Assembly (NCBI GenBank): GCA_002269645.1
Contig: NIVC01000486.1
Coordinates: forward strand, 62,001 to 126,000
DNA length: 64,000 nucleotides
Reading direction: 5' to 3'
Source: Macrostomum lignano
Taxonomy: Eukaryota
Position 1 is the stretch's first letter. The number at the start of each line of letters is the position of its first letter. Shown here piece by piece: positions 45,602 to 58,352 of this stretch. A program made the position numbers and the translations under genes. The notes under the pieces are model-generated. The model saw nothing but the letters and a program-made list of their open reading frames with translations, ran no database searches and had not been told where the DNA came from.

Positions 45602-48600
45602 CTACTCTTTTAACTTGTAGTCGAAGTCGGGCGAATCATTGTAGTCGTGCGGCAGCTCTGGCTTGAGCACGACGTGCCAATTGAGCAGCGGTGTGTCAGC
45701 TCGCTTAGGCAGAGTGTACACGGTCTTGTGCACCGGCTTGCGGTAGGCACCCAACTGCTCCATCTGCTCGCTGTACGGGGGCCAGATGCGCGCCTTTTCG
45801 TCGGGTGTTGGCACTCGCGGCTCCTGTTTAAAGGTGACAGTTAAAATCAATTGGAATCTTATTGACAATCTTTATAGTCTGGTAGTATGGTTGTCGCGAC
45901 TTTATTAGTCATTTCTTAGTTCATCTGCACTTGTATCTTGTTTACTGTTTTCTCTCTCCCTCTCTGTCTAGTTCAGTCTTGTTATTCTTATCTATCTCTC
46001 TCCCTAGCTGCCTTCTGATTGGCTCCTCAATCTCGCCTCTTGCCTTGCACACCAACACCACCCCTCTTTTTCTTATCTTCACTTTACCCCCTCTAGTTTA
46101 ATGACATTAATATACCCGGTTGAGCCCTGCGCCTAGGGATTCCAAAATCCCGACAATTTACAATCCCGGGATTGAGAAATCCTGAAATCCCGATGGTTTA
46201 AAATCCCGGGATCACTAATCCCGGAAAATCCCGACTGAGAGTAATCCCGGGATTGAAATCCCGTGTTTTGAGGCTAAATCCCGGGATCCCGGGATTGGAA
46301 TGCCTACCTGCGCCCCACTTGCTTGTGTTTGGTGTTAAACTCTAATTAACTTATCTTATTTACTTTACTTGACGCCGAACAAAAATACCCGAACTTAAAA
46401 ATAATGTAGACTTAATGTAGACTTAGAATTATAGCAGAAAAACAACTTGTAGCTTTCTGAAAAAATTACGTTGTACAAGCTAAATTATTAGTTGAACCTA
46501 TAAAAACTTTTTACTGTGAAAATTAACCAACAAAATTCAAAATTCGTGCTATTTTTGCTCTACTAAAATTCAAACTGGCAGTTGAGCAGCTGTTGCAGAT
46601 GGACTGGGAGGTGTTGCCCTCTTTTATTTTTATCCTTAACCAAACTTTTTTAAAGAAGTTCTCATGGGATTTTTTTCTTCAAAGCTGGCCCATGTTTACA
46701 AACCTGGCTTGGAGCGTCTTGTAATTCGTTGACACTTGACAGACTGTTGTTGCAGCTGGGAGTGACAAAGGGGATGTCAACTTAAGCACCAGAATGGAAC
46801 CCGAAGTTCAGGCCCTGGGTCCGGGATGAGATGTCTCGGCGATTCTAGTCGTCTGGGCCGACAAGTTATCGATTGCAGTCGGTTTGGTCCGGAGCTGAAC
46901 TTCGGGCTCCATTCCAGAGCCTTAAGTTGACACAAAATCCCCATTTTATCCCCTTTATCCCCTCGGACCCCAAGTCAGGGCCTGGGATGAGATGTCTCGG
47001 CGATTCTAGTCGTCTGGGCCGACAAGCTATCGATTGCAGTCGGTTTGGTCCGGAGCTGAACTTCGGGCTCAATTCTGGTGCTTAAGTTGACATCCCCTTT
47101 GTTGAGTAGAATGTTACATATGCATTGGTAAAGCGCAAGAGCTTTCCGGATGACATAATATTTTACTTTCTTAGTGCACCTTTGCCCTGTGATATATCTA
47201 AATATACATAGACTATTTTAAGGCCAACGTTGCTTTATCAAAAGCACCACGGATAGAGGGTTAGCCAGGCTTCTTTGAGACCCCAGCGGCCTATGACAAC
47301 AGCAGCCACAAGCCAAGTGTACGGAGGATACGACCCCTCTTGATTCGCTAGATCCGTCGCCGTCTACACACTTATAGTTAGACGGCGACTTACACTTATA
47401 GTTTCAAACAATATAAGTATACTCAGCAACAGTCAAAAGTTCCACCCACCAAGCGAGATGAAAATTTTCTCACATATTGCGACAAATTCTCACTCACAAT
47501 TCAACCCTCAAGTTACGCAACTAAGCCGCGGCGAGGAAAGGAAAGTTGACTGTATCAATAACTTGTAATAAATGTCAGTCGCACAAAATCAGAAAAATTT
47601 TTAATGCAATATTCAGTTAGAATCGCGATGCTAAATAACGCGTGTGGGATCCCCTCGCACGCAGAAGTGCGCGATCCTGCGGGGCATCCCCAGGATGAGG
47701 CGGCGCAGAAAGTCCTGGAGAAGCTGCTGCCAAGCGTTTTCAATGGCATGACGCAGCTCCGCAACATTCTGTGGTGGATTCTCTTTTCGAATGCTGCGTT
47801 TTAGGAAGTTCCAGACATGCTCGATGGGACCCATGTCTGGGGACCGGGAAGGCCAGCGCAGAGTGCGCAGCTGTAGCTGTTCTTTCAGTTGACTAACAGC
47901 ATCGGCTCGGTGTGGCGGCGCGTTGTCCTCCTGGACCATTAAGCAGACCCAAGCCACCCCCAAGTGGCAATAAGATATGTTCGTGCCGTAAGTTGCGTCA
48001 CTCGCAATAAGTGAAAAAATCATCTCACTTTTTTTATTAGAGGCAGGGGGTTGTGTGCACCCTGGCGCACTTTAAGCGACATAGGCACACAACCGGCGAG
48101 AGGCATTACTGCCCATTCCGCCGACTCCCCTGAGCAGGCATACAAGCGCGCGGATACGTACGCAGGCACACACTCACACAGGAGTGTACAGCGGCCCTAA
48201 CTTTATCAATTGTTAGGCATGTACACTTCACTGCGCCTTGGGGGTTGGCTCTCAAGGCCGTTAATTGCACGAGCAGAGCCAAGCCGAGATTCCAATTCAG
48301 CCCCAAATTAATGTGACTGCACTTGGAATCGAGCCTGGGTCGCTGGCACACCAGGGGCCCGTGCTATAGAATACTCTTAACTCCTAAATCCTTAAGAGTG
48401 TCCCAACTCCTAGCTCCTAGCTGGCTTTTCTGTGCTATAGAATCAAGAGTAAATGTTAAGAGCTAGGAGGCTCCTTAAGGACGTTAGGAGACTCCTGGGT
48501 GAATTTAGGAGAACTCATTAAGGTCCGTGGCATGCTATAGAATTAGGAGAGGAAGTCTAGGAGCTAGGAGTTGGCTTTTAGGAGTGATTCTAGGTGCGTG

Positions 48601-50094
48601 TGTCCTATAGAATGAGAAAATTTCGCTCCTAACTCTTGACTCCTAAGCCAGAGTTCAAGGGCCAATTTTCACTCTTAGACAAGCTAGGATTATAATGTTT
48701 TCGGACAGCGAATCGGATTCTGATGAGGAAGTGCAGCGACGGCTCTCACAAATGATATTTTTTTAGCTACCGCTGGGCTACGCCCCCCCTAATCATCTCA
48801 CTTAGTGGGGTGGAAATTTTGACTGTTGCTGAGTATATGAAATAGAAATATAATAATAATACTCCAACCGTCAATTGAGCACAGTCACCAACCTGAAAGC
48901 TATACGGATCCCACTTGGGTCGGAGCAGCATGAGCGGCGGCGCCAGTTCGCTAAACCGATCCGGATGCTGCCTGATGAGATGAGCCTCTATAGCCGGCGG
49001 GTATCGGCACACCGATTCGATCACTTGCACAGGCGCCGGCTCAAAGCTGCGCGATTTGAATTCCTCTTCGCGCTCTCTCGGCACCAGCACCCAGTCGGGC
49101 AGGTGAGTGCCAGGTATGAGGGTCGGCGTGCCCTCCGCTTCGTCAGGCGGCGACATCAGCCGGCCGCGGAACACCTCCGTGCCCCACACGCGACAGCGGC
49201 GCCGAGAAGCGTCGCCAAGCACCGGCTCGACTCGGGTTGGCACGCAGTAGCATGGCTCTTTGTACCTGGTTTGGTAATTGGATAGGATTTGATGGCTCTT
49301 TGTACCTGGTTTGGTAATTGGATAGGATTTGATGGCTCTTTGTACCTGGTTTGGTAATTGGATAGGATTTGATGGCTCTTTGTACCTGGTTTGGTAATTG
49401 GATAGGATTTGATGGCTCTTTGTACCTGATTTGGTAATTGACATGATTTGATGGCCCTTTGTACCTGAATTGGTAATTGGATAGGATTTGATGGCTCTTT
49501 GTACCTGGTTTGGTAATTGGATAGGATTTGATGGCTCTTTGTACCTGGATTGGTAATTGGATAGGATTTGATGGCCCTTTGTACCTGAATTGGTAATTGG
49601 ATAGGATTTGATGGCTCTTTGTACCTGGATTGGTAATTGGATAGGATTTGATGGCTCTTTGTACCTGGTTTGGTAATTGACATGATTTGATGGCCCTTTG
49701 TACCTGGTTTGGTAATTGGATAGGATTTGATGGCTCTTTGTACCTGGTTTGGTAATTGGATAGGATTTGATGGCTCTTTGTACCTGAATTGGTAATTGGA
49801 TAGGATTTGATGGCTCTTTGTACCTGGATTGGTAATTGACAAGATTTTATGGCTCAGGCCCTCCATGTTACTATACATGTAGTGACTGACAGGTTATCAT
49901 GGAGAGATGGATAAGAGAAGTGCCAGCCATTTTGAAATCGCAGTTTGATATAAACAAACTCACTTAGCGGCGTGATTCAGCCGATAGAAGCAGCGCCCAA
50001 CGCCCAGATCTTTCAGCTGGATGGCCAGCTCGGCAAAGAATTTGCCAGTAAGAATTGGCGGCGCCATGCGGCCATAGTATTTCACGCGGGGCAT
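45602..50094 (-). CDS. MRPS34: Mitochondrial ribosomal protein S34-like gene (exons 49964-50094, 48893-49265, probable 45602-45823)
   Basis: LKDLGVGR, KYKEPCY..TRV, RVWGTEVFRG, DWVLVPREREEEF and YPP match MRPS34 motifs; splice phases are compatible. The third exon is less certain. Confidence 0.75.
46134..46306. mobile_element. hAT-type MITE (173 bp)
   Basis: TIR TAGGGATTCCAA/TTGGAATGCCTA, 8-bp TSD CCTGCGCC (46126-33/46307-14), internal ATCCCG(GGAT) repeats. Confidence 0.85.
46765..47102. mobile_element. MITE-like element with about 46-bp imperfect TIRs and an internal duplication of about 105 bp
   Basis: ACAAAGGGGATGTCAACTTAAGCACCAGAAT inverted at both ends; no convincing TSD. Confidence 0.6.
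47660..47940 (-). pseudogene. Tc1/mariner transposase C-terminal fragment
   Basis: QEDNAPPH...WPSRSPDMGPIEHVW motif. Confidence 0.85.
49252..49845. repeat. 40-bp intronic minisatellite that includes the MRPS34 exon-2 acceptor
   Basis: Minus-strand unit ...TTACCAAACCAG/GTACAAAGAGCCAT..., about 15 copies. Confidence 0.95.
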
Positions 50095-51414
50095 TGCCGT
50101 TGCGCTGGAAGTGCGCGTAGTGTTTATAATATAGTATCATATAGTAACGAGCTTCGAAAAAAATAGTCAATAGAGGCCACTTACCATTGCGGGCAGTTTC
50201 AATTAAATCTACACTAGCCTACTGGTTCTCAGTTAGTTACAACAGCGCACAAGCGGCAGTTGTAAGTGGAAAGAAAAGCTTTTATTATAAAGTTAACTTA
50301 AGCCTCGTCTTTTATGAGACCAGCAATACGGTCTGGGGTTTTAAGCTAGCATTACAGAAAGTATAAAAGGCAAAACTGTCGGTTCACAACACAAGCAGAC
50401 AAGTGGCTTAAAACTGCAATAGTCTAGCATAGACTCTACATAAGGGCAGACATGGATAAATGTACACAGACGGATAGAATGTACAGCGAGATGAAAAGTC
50501 ACTAAAATTAGAACCGCAAGTTCTATTCCACTGAACTAAGCGCGCAGACAGACTATGGGGGGATAGGAAAACAGTCAAAGCCAGAGATTCGTAGTAAAAT
50601 AATTTTCTTCCGAACTAAAAAACTACTGAATCGTCAAACTACTCTACTTGTAGTAGGCGCCTATAAAATCTGTAGGTATAAATTAGGCAAAAAACGAAGG
50701 CAGTAGAGACTAATGCTTAAAAGTGTCGAGTAATAGTGACACAAATGAAGTAATTTCTATTTTTTCTGCAAAACCTCAAAAGCCTGCAGTATGTGAAACC
50801 GGAGTAAACAAAGCATTTATGCATAAAGACACTATAAAAAGCTTTGTATCAAATTATATCATATCAAATTTTATTATCAAAAACTGTACAGAACGCATTA
50901 ATAATAATACTGTGTGCAGAGTATGAGAGGCTTGATTGCCATCTGCCAGATTGTGCTACTACCAGTAGTTATTTTTTCAAATTTAGTATGCGCATCAGTA
51001 ATAATAAAAGAATCAAATTAATATCTAGGCAATGTAAAGTAAATCCGAGAACGATGCTCTGATTCTGAAAAAAAACACTTGGCAAGACAATTTTATTATC
51101 AATTTAAGCCAGTTGGGATCTAAAACATGTATAAATAAACAGCTCTAATCAGTGATTGCTTATTTATTAGGCACGACAGAAAATGATGCGAAGGACCATC
51201 ACCTGAGGTATTGCTGGCGCTATGCGAAAGGAACTGCAATCGCGATTGTAAAAAGCGAGATTTAATTTACAAGGAATCACCATATGTACTCTAATATTAG
51301 AGTACAAAAAACTTCAATTGAAAATTTGGCTGAAAAGTTTGGAATTAAATAATATTCACCAAGTGTTGCGAGACTGGAAGAAACCTGCTGTGGGTTCAAT
51401 GAAATGGAATGTTC

Positions 51415-51965
51415 AGTGGCGATTCTCAGGGAAGGTTCAGTGGCGATTCTCAGGGAAGGTTCAGTGGCGATTCTCAGGGAAGGTTCAGTGGCGATTCTCA
51501 GGGAAGGTTCAGCGGCGATTCTCAGGGAAGGTTCAGCGGCGATTCTCAGGGAAGGTTCAGTGGCGATTCTCAGGGAAGGTTCAGCGGTGATTCTCAGGGA
51601 AGGTTCAGCGGCGATTCTCAGGGAAGGTTCAGTGGCGATTCTCAGGGAAGGTTCAGTGGCGATTCTCACTGAAGGCTCAGTGTAGATTCTCACTGAAGGC
51701 TCAGTGGAGATTCTCAGGGAAGGTTCAGTGGCGATTCTCACTGAAGGCTCAGTGTAGATTCTCACTGAAGGCTCAGTGGAGATTCTCAGGGAAGGTTCAG
51801 TGGCGATTCTCACTGAAGGCTCAGTGTAGATTCTCACTGAAGGCTCAGTGGAGATTCTCAGGGAAGGTTCAGTGGCGATTCTCACTGAAGGTTCAGTGGC
51901 GATTCTCAGGGAAGGTTCAGTGGCGATTCTCAGGGAAGGTTCAGTGGCGATTCTCAGGGAAGGTT
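51415..51965. repeat. 24-bp minisatellite (TTCAGTGGCGATTCTCAGGGAAGG)
   Basis: Tandem units visible directly. Confidence 0.95.
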
Positions 51966-51973
51966 GTACACAC

Positions 51974-52367
51974 CATGCGGGAGGCCACACTGGAGAGAGA
52001 GAAGCGGCACCGAGAAAAGCGACTATTGTCACCGCCTGGCAGCCATGCCGCGAACACAGGCGGACTGGCACAGGCCCGCCAGGCCGCGGTTCCAGCCGGT
52101 GCCGCACGGCGACTCCTGGCTGCACATCCCGGAGCGCAGCGCAAGGTCGCGCGCCTCCAGCAGGACGGCGCAGACCCGGCCGGCGCCGACGTTTACGCTG
52201 GCGACGCCGCGACAGACCAGCTCCCAGTCAGTGCCGTCGGGGAAATCGCGGGGCTGAACGTTGCGACGCCGATAGAGGCAGCCGGATTCGTCAACTGCCC
52301 ACAGCTCGCGCCCGTCTGCTGACACCTGCGATTGAGGCGGGGGTTCAGGAACTCTATGTGGACAGAC

Positions 52368-52420
<53 letters not shown>

Positions 52421-52500
52421 GACAGACGGACAGACACTTAGGCAGGCAGACAGACAGACAGGCAGAAAGATAGACAGGACACAGACGGACAGACAGACAC

Positions 52501-52561
<61 letters not shown>

Positions 52562-52570
52562 GAGACAGAC

Positions 52571-52614
<44 letters not shown>

Positions 52615-55600
52615 CGACAGACAGACAGACAGACAGACCTGAGTCAGCTTGGCGCCGTCATCCGGCAGCCCCACAATCGACCAGCTGCAGCCGAGCGGCT
52701 GGTCGGCCGACAGTCCCAGCCGGGAGTAGCAGCGGCCGTCGGCGCCGATGGCGTAAAGCCGCCAGCCTGAGCCGGCGGAGCAGCTAATTAGGGGCACCTG
52801 GAATAACAGACCAGACGATTAAGTAATGATGATTCGGGATTTCAAATTACACTTAGGATAGTAAATTCGCTTTTTTTTCCCATGGAAAATTATATTTTTG
52901 GATTCCTCATGAAATTTCCTTTCTGAGATTTACCTTGAGAATCTCTTTTTGGGATTCCCTATTTTTGGGGATTCCCCATGAAAATTCCCTTAAATGGGAT
53001 TCACCATGGGAATTCCTGTTTTGGATTTACCATCTATTCTGGGATTACCGATGGAAATTTCCTTGGGATTCCCCATCATTTTTGGCATTATCCATGGGAA
53101 TTCCCTTTGGGATTTACCTTGGAAATTCACTTTTGGGATTCCCCATAATTTTTGGGATTCACCACGGAAATTTGCTTCGAGATTACAAATAAAATATCTA
53201 TATGAGGGACCCCCCCCCCTGAATAAGTCAAATTGGAATCGTAATGAATAATATGGTTACCTCGCAGGCAATAAGCGACCAGCGATCGCCGGCCGGATTG
53301 GAATCGGCGTCAAAGCCCGCCCGGTGCAGCAGCTGCCCATTGTAGGCCACAGCGTAGGCTACGGAAGAATCCGGCGCCAAGGACACCTGCTTGAGGGCTA
53401 CGGTGCCCGGCACGGCTAGCCAAGGCCCGGCGTCCAGCACAACATAGGTTCGGCTCCATTTTCTACGTCTCAGACCGGTATTCCATCGCTTGGTCTGCGG
53501 CGTGGAAATCATCGGGAGTGCATGCTAAACTGTTGACACTGGCTATCACTGACATCTTGTCACTGGCTATCACTAACATCTTGGCACTGGCTATCACTGA
53601 CATCTTGTCACTGGCTATCACTGACATTATCGCAGTGGCTATCAGTGACATCTTGGCACTGGCTATCACTGACATTATCGCAGTGGCTATCAGTGACATC
53701 TTGGCACTGGCTATCACTGAAATCTTGGCACTGGCTATCACTGACATCTTGGCACTGGCTATCACTGAAATCTTGGCACTGGCTATCACTGACATCTTGT
53801 CACTGGCTATCACTGACATCTTGTCACTGGCTATCACTGACATTATCGCAGTGACTATCAGTGACATCTTGGCACTGGCTATCACTGACATCTTGTCACT
53901 GGCTATCACTGACATTATCGCACTGGCTATCACTGACATTATCGCACTGGCTATCACTGACATTATCGCACTGGCTATCACTTACATCTTGGCACTGGCT
54001 ATCACTGACATCTTGGCACTGGCTATCACTGACATCTTGGCAATGGCTATCACTGACATCTTGTCACTGGCTTTCAGTGATATCTTGGCACTGGCTATCA
54101 CTGACACTTGGCACTGGCTATCACTGACATCTTGGCACTGGCTATCACTGACATCTTGGCACTGGCTATCACGAACATCTTGGCACTGGCTATCACTGAC
54201 ATCTTGGCACTGGCTATCAGTGACATCTTGGCACTGGCTTTCAGTGATATCTTGGCACTGGCTATCACTGACACTTGGCACTGGCTATCACTGACATCTT
54301 GGCACTGGCTATCACTGACATCTTGGCACTGGCTATCACTGACATTATCGCACTGGTTATCACTGACATCTTGGCACTGGCTATCACTGACATCTTGGCA
54401 CTGGCTATCACTGACATCTTGGCACTGGCTATCACTGACATTATCGCACTGGCTATCACTGACATCTTGGCACTGGCTATCACTGACATTATCGCACTGG
54501 CTATCACTGACATTATCGCACTGGCTATAAATGACATCTTGGCACTGGCTATCACTGACATTATCGCACTGGCTATCACTGACATCTTGGCACTGGCTAT
54601 CACTGACATCTTGGCACTGGCTATCACTGACATCTTGGCAATGGCTATCACTGACATCTATTCACTGGCTTTCAGTGATATCTTGGCACTGGCTATCACT
54701 GACACTTGGCACTGGCTATCACTGACATCTTGGCACTGGCTATCACTGACATCTTGGCACTGGCTATCACTGACATTATCGCACTGGCTATCACTGACAT
54801 CTTGGCACTGGCTATCACTGACATTATCGCACTGGCTATCACTGACGTTATCGCACTGGCTATCACTGACATCTTGGCACTGGCTATCACTGACATTATC
54901 GCACTGGCTATCACTGACATCTTGGCACTGGCTATCACTGACATCTTGGCACTGGCTATCACTGACATCTTGGCACTGGCTATCACTGACATCTTGGCAC
55001 TGGCTATCACTGACATCTTGGCACTGGCTTAGTACTTGAAAAACACGGATTCGGGCAGCAAAAATACGTACCTTTGAGTAAGGCCCTTTCAGTTCCTTTG
55101 CGTACTGCCAGCCGTGCTCATCAGTGTCCTCGGCAGAAATTCGCACGGCCCAGTCGGTCTCCCAGACCCAGTTGGCCTCGCAGCCGGCGCCGATGAGGGC
55201 CTCCTTGGGCAGAGCGTCGCTCCAGGAGGCGGCGTTGCCGGCAACAGCAGCGGCCGCGGCCTGCTCATTGGGAGGCGAGTGGTGCAGGAAGCCGCGATCC
55301 GTGTAGCCGGACAGGGGCCGCCAGTGCTGGTACTCGTAGGCGCAGCACACATGCCTGCGTTTTATTAGGGGGTGTGGGTTGGTAAGATAACCTGCATATG
55401 CAATTTGGAGCATAACTATTTGGATATGAGTACATGGAAACTTATTTAACTTCTCGCAGGTGATAAAGTCATAGATAGAGGGCGATTCTCGCAGGTGATA
55501 AAGTCATAGATAGAGGGCGATTCTCACAGGCGATAAAGTCATAGATAGAGGGCGATTCTCACAGGTGATAAAGTCATAGATAGAGGGCGATTCTCACAGG

Positions 55601-56541
55601 CGATAAAGTCATAGATAGAGGGCGATTCTCACAGGTGATAAAGTCATAGATAGAGGGCGATTATCACAGGTGATAGAGCCATAGATAGAGGGCGATTATC
55701 ACAGGCGATAAAGTCATAGATAGAGGGCGATTGTCACAGGTGATAAAGTTCTAGATAGAGGGCGATTATCACAGGTGATAGAATCATAGATAAAAGGCGA
55801 TTATCACAGGTGATAGAGCCATAGATAGAGGGCGATTATCACAGGTGATAGAATCATAGATAGAGGGCGACTCTCACAGGTGATAGAGCCATAGATAGAG
55901 GGCGATTATCACAGGTGATAGAGCCATAGATAGAGGGCGACTCTCACAGGTGATAATGCCAGAAAGTGTTTTTTTTGAGAATCTCATACGGGAATTTAAG
56001 CCCTAAATCGAAACAATACGAGCTAGTGAAATCGCTGCAATTTGTAACAAGGAGTAAATTAAGCGAATGATACAACACCAGCTAGTTTCGCCAACCTGTC
56101 CACAATCTCGTTCGATTCGCCAGACTCCGGCGCGTACACGAACGGCCTGCCGTCCCCGGTGAGGGCCCACAGCACGGAGCGGCTGCCGCACAGCTGCATG
56201 AAATGACCGCCAACCCGACGCCAGTGCCGACGCGACACGCTCACGTCGCTATTGTCGATGATATTGTCGTCGACTTCCTCGCCAATCTGAGTGTCGCTGT
56301 CATCGCAATCATCGCTGACTAGAACGTCGCCGCGTACAGTCAGCACTAGAAGGCAGGCGCCGATGCGGATGCTCGGCAACTGCTGGCTGGACAAGCTGAC
56401 TGAGCGTTGGCGGCGCTGCTGCTGCTCCTGGCGTCGACGTTGAGCGTCGTGCAGCAGATGGCGACGCGAGTTTTGCGACCGAATGAGAAGGCGCAGCGCG
56501 GCCAGCCAGTCGGCGCAGTCGCGATCGGTGGCGCAGGTCAC
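51974..56541 (-). CDS. TECPR1: TECPR1-like gene, 3' exons (56096-56541, 55072-55354, 53261-53494, 52639-52797, 51974-52325)
   Basis: End of a PH domain (DWLAALR), DysF motif YEYQHWRPLSGY...W.WETDW...DEHGWQYA...RRRKWSR, and tectonin repeats (LWAVDESGCLYRR...GTDW). Canonical splice sites. Confidence 0.8.
52360..52638. repeat. (GACA)n intronic microsatellite
   Basis: Begins at the GT donor on the minus strand. Confidence 0.97.
53535..55030. repeat. 24-bp intronic minisatellite (CACTGGCTATCACTGACATCTTGG)
   Basis: About 60 tandem units. Confidence 0.97.
55455..55955. repeat. 35-bp intronic minisatellite
   Basis: TTCTCACAGGTGATAAAGTCATAGATAGAGGGCGA units. Confidence 0.95.
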
Positions 56542-56589
56542 CTGAGAGTCGACGGGGATTTTTGAGATTCTCGACAAGGACGCTTTAAG

Positions 56590-56945
56590 AATAACGGATT
56601 CACTTCCGTTTCTAGGAAAATTTGAAGGCTGATTCTGCGCAGAATAACGGGTTCTACTTCCCTTTCTAGGAAAATTTGAAGGCTGATTCTGCGCAGAATA
56701 ACGGGTTCTACTTCCCTTTCTAGGAAAATTTGAAGGCTGATTCTACGCAGAATAACGAATTCACTTCCGTTTCTAGGAAATTTGAAGGCTGATTCTACGC
56801 AGAATAACGGGTTCTACTTCCGTTTCTAGAAAAATTTGAAGGCGGATTCTACGCAGAATAACGGGTTCTACTTCCGTTTCTAGAAAAATTTGAAGGCGGA
56901 TTCTACGCAGAATAACGGGTTCTACTTACGTTTCTAGGAAAATTT
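56590..56945. repeat. 54-bp intronic minisatellite
   Basis: AGAATAACGGGTTCTACTTCC...GGCTGATTCTRCGC units. Confidence 0.95.
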
Positions 56946-58352
56946 GAAGGGTGATTTTACGCAAACTACCGATAGTTATTTTCTGACCCCTGACTTTTGC
57001 AGAGATCTTGCACGAAGAATGGCTTGTGTTGTGTCTATAAGTAAACTGCTTGACAACAACAAATTTAGGGCTGCTGCACAGTCCACGCCCGTGCACGGTG
57101 ATAAACATGTTTAGGGACCAGTGGAACGGGCATGACTACTTGCCCGTTCGAAAATTAGGAGCCTAGACTGAAGCCCCGCCTGGACTTTGGTCCGCTTATT
57201 TGTCCGATTCCCATCCGATTTTTGACCGATTTCCGTACGAAATTCAGAAGCGGACGAAATTCACCCGGTTTTCGTCCGATTTCGACGTCGTACGAAGCTG
57301 CGGACCAAATATCGGGCGAATCATCCGCTTCTTTTTGATGTTTCGTCCGAATTTCATTCGATTTCTCGTCCGCTTCCATTCCAGGCCAAAAGCGGACGAG
57401 AAAGTGTACGAGAAAGCGGATGAATTTCGGATGAGGGAAAAATTTGTCCGATCTGTCGTCCGGTTTTTTATCCGACTGTTTGTCCGCTCCAATTTCAGAA
57501 AAATGCGTGCAGGCCGATACTTTGTGAACTGTATAAATTCTTTCGCTCTTGTTTGCGTTCGGTACTGTATTCAGCGTTGGCCTAAGCCACGTTTTTTTAA
57601 AACGCTTCGTTATTGCAATTACTTCAACTGTACCATTTTGTGCTCACTTTTGACACTATTGTTAAATAATAACTGAACCAATTCTGCTATGCAAGTTGCA
57701 GCCTTGACCTTCCGATCCTTATTTCAATAGCCTTAAATAATCTTAAAATCAGTATATACATATGTGCCGTCATTTAATATTAGTAAGTAGTAATAATTAT
57801 TAATGGGTAGTTATTATTGGTAGTATTAATTATAGTATAGTATCGCTTAGAATAGTATTATAGTATAGCTGAGCATAACATAGTATAGTATTAGTATAGT
57901 GTAGCTTAGTATCAGTAAGCTAGGTGAATTCAGCTTCGTGTGTCACTCAATCTTACAGCATAAACAATGGAGAATGACGAAGATGACGCTAAGTTTCGTC
58001 GTGCACAGTTCATGAAGCGCTATCGCGTACGCCGGAAGATTCAAGACCGCACTCGGCGACGATCCCACTCACGTTCTCCGCTCCGAGTTGGGCCACCAGG
58101 CGAACAATCGGGTTCTTCTGTTGCTTGCGTACCACCGGTTGAGGACAATGACGCCAACAGTAATGCGGCTGCCAATGGCAAACATGGTTCTGCCGGAACG
58201 TCATGTCCAGGTGGGACTTTTAACGTTTTGTGGTTTTCTTTTATTTGCTAAGCGTGTCGGGTCGTGACTTGCAAGCCAGATTTCGCAATCTTCGTTATAT
58301 AACATTATCGCGTTAGCCGGTCTATTTTGCTTCTACCACAAGACGACTCTTT

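Noticed and set aside
48360-48680. CTCCTAG/CTAGGAG and GCTATAGAAT repeat-rich segment as a distinct element
   Set aside because: Could not define TIRs or a TSD.
48720-48760. CTGATGA as a hammerhead core
   Set aside because: No downstream GAAA or stems in the right geometry.
49878-50250. TGTAGTGACT start shared with the 7124 LTR, suggesting another LTR
   Set aside because: No matching CA end with a TSD was found, and the region overlaps MRPS34 exon 1.
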